Source: an uncultured Gammaproteobacteria bacterium
GTDB lineage: Bacteria > Patescibacteriota > Microgenomatia > Curtissbacterales > GWA2-41-24
Direction of reading: 5' to 3'
Length of the DNA: 55,775 nt
NCBI GenBank assembly: GCA_964562855.1
Contig: CAZLVB010000004.1
Coordinates: 1-55,775 of the forward strand
The notes under the pieces were generated by a model. It worked only from the letters and a program-made list of their open reading frames with translations. It had not been told where the DNA came from and did no database searches. Position numbers and translations under genes: made by a program. Shown piece after piece: positions 54,588 to 55,775 of the stretch (position 1 is its first letter; each line of letters starts with the position of its first letter).

Positions 54588-55604
54588 GTGAAAAAACTTG
54601 TCTTTTTAATACTCCTGATTACTCTTGCCGGATTGGTTATAGTTTTTAAGGTTTACAAAAAAGATAATAAGCTAATTTTACCTGCACAAATTCCTCAAAT
54701 AGTAAAAGAAAAACCATTGGATAAATACACTATAGAGGCACTTTCCCAAACCAATTTTGAGGCTAGCAGAATTGAGATAGGTGAATTAGTTAAAGATACA
54801 CCAGACTATTCTTCTTACCTTTTCTATTTTCATCCTCAAGGCAAAAAAGTCAGCGGTCTTTTAAACATTCCTAAAAATACTGGCCCACTTCCTGTAATTG
54901 TTATGTTCCGAGGTTATATAGATAGGGAAGCATATGTCACCGGAGCCGGTACAGTCCGTTCTTCCGAGGTTTTTGCCGCAAACGGTTTTGTAACGCTCGC
55001 CCCAGATTTTCTGGGATACGGGCAATCCGACAATCCGTCTGAAAATCCTGTCGAGGAGCGGTTTCAAACATATACTACAGCACTGACCTTGTTATCATCG
55101 CTTAAAAATTTGAACACTGCCTTGGCTGGTGCCAGATTAAACACCAGAATTGATGATACAAAAGTCGGCATATGGGGACATTCAAATGGAGGACAGATTG
55201 CCCTTACCATTTTGGAAATAACAGGCAAAAACATCCCTGCCGTCCTTTGGGCACCTGTTTCCAAACCATTTCCATATTCGGTGCTTTACTATACAGACGA
55301 TTTCGATGATCACGGAAAATTGCTCCGCAAAGTTATAGCCGATTTTGAAGAAGATTACGATGTGGAGAAATATTCGCTGACGAATCATTTTGATAAAATT
55401 AACGCAAACTTACAAATTCATCAAGGCACCCAAGACGATGCTGTGCCAGTAAAATGGTCCGATCAACTTGTCGAACAATTAAAAAAGTTGAATAAAAATA
55501 TCGAACACTTTACTTATAACGGGGATGACCATAATTTTGCAAAAGGCAGTTGGCAAACAGTTGTTAATCGCAACATTACTTTTTTCAATCAATATCTAAA
55601 GTGA
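54588..55604 (+). CDS. Alpha/beta hydrolase (S9 peptidase/dienelactone hydrolase-like) with N-terminal anchor
   Basis: 338 aa with a GTG start and an N-terminal TM helix. GHSNGG is a nucleophile elbow. D and H candidates lie late in the protein (QDD, DDHNF). Confidence 0.7.
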   Translation: MKKLVFLILLITLAGLVIVFKVYKKDNKLILPAQIPQIVKEKPLDKYTIEALSQTNFEASRIEIGELVKDTPDYSSYLFYFHPQGKKVSGLLNIPKNTGPLPVIVMFRGYIDREAYVTGAGTVRSSEVFAANGFVTLAPDFLGYGQSDNPSENPVEERFQTYTTALTLLSSLKNLNTALAGARLNTRIDDTKVGIWGHSNGGQIALTILEITGKNIPAVLWAPVSKPFPYSVLYYTDDFDDHGKLLRKVIADFEEDYDVEKYSLTNHFDKINANLQIHQGTQDDAVPVKWSDQLVEQLKKLNKNIEHFTYNGDDHNFAKGSWQTVVNRNITFFNQYLK

Positions 55605-55715
55605 ACTTCAAGAAAAATTTCAGAAGGCTTGGTTTCCGTACCCCGTCTACTTTCCGCGCGATCAAAATTTTGATATCAGTTAAGTTACCAACGAAAAGAA
55701 AAAAAGATCAATTAC

Positions 55716-55775
55716 ATGAAAATAAGAGTTAAAGCAAAACCACAGGCTTCAGAAGAAAAAGTAAAAAAGATTGGT
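55716..55775 (+). CDS. Partial ORF, DUF167/YggU-like N-terminus
   Basis: MKIRVKAKPQASEEKVKKIG resembles the start of DUF167 proteins. Truncated by the window end. Confidence 0.35.
   Translation, partial: MKIRVKAKPQASEEKVKKIG

Overview
The window looks like a reduced, AT-rich genome of the CPR/Patescibacteria type. The evidence for this is that S5 (rpsE) abuts L15 (rplO) with no L30 gene, many ribosomal proteins carry Lys/Glu-rich tails, and genes are small and tightly packed. Phylum placement is inference only.

There are three zones.

(1) Positions 1-9.8 kb form an accessory island. It holds six type II toxin-antitoxin-like pairs, one of them decayed. It also holds a tightly coupled four-gene block: SRA-like-HNH nuclease, MazG-like NTP pyrophosphohydrolase, RadC/JAB, and an EVE-PD-(D/E)xK nuclease. 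A GIY-YIG-like protein, a Cas4-like nuclease and TspO are also present. The modules are separated by two short, same-orientation repeat families, here called F1 and F2. No integrase or transposase is visible, and the window starts inside an F1 copy.

(2) Positions 10-34.5 kb are the conserved translation locus: fusA-tuf, the S10-spc-alpha ribosomal protein operons with secY-adk-map-infA-rpmJ, rpoA, rplQ, rplM-rpsI, tRNA-Pro(GGG), recA-recX, rny and hup. Small GC-rich palindromic or hairpin insertions interrupt several normally tight gene junctions. Two of them are flanked by duplicated gene ends.

(3) Positions 35-55.8 kb contain dgkA; miaB with an in-frame copy of a palindromic repeat that is also present intergenically at 8.5 kb; a minus-strand cluster of one GT2 plus four GT-C membrane glycosyltransferases; miaA; an AI-2E permease; RNase P RNA on the minus strand; and a purine cluster (purN, purD, a HAD-like protein, a PfkB kinase, a PurS-PurS-PurL fusion, purQ, a divergent purM).

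The most interesting candidates are the modified-base-oriented nuclease/MazG operon, the repeat-delimited cassette organisation, and the RPE-like palindromic elements sitting inside coding sequence.

All family assignments come from motif recognition by eye. No database search was run.
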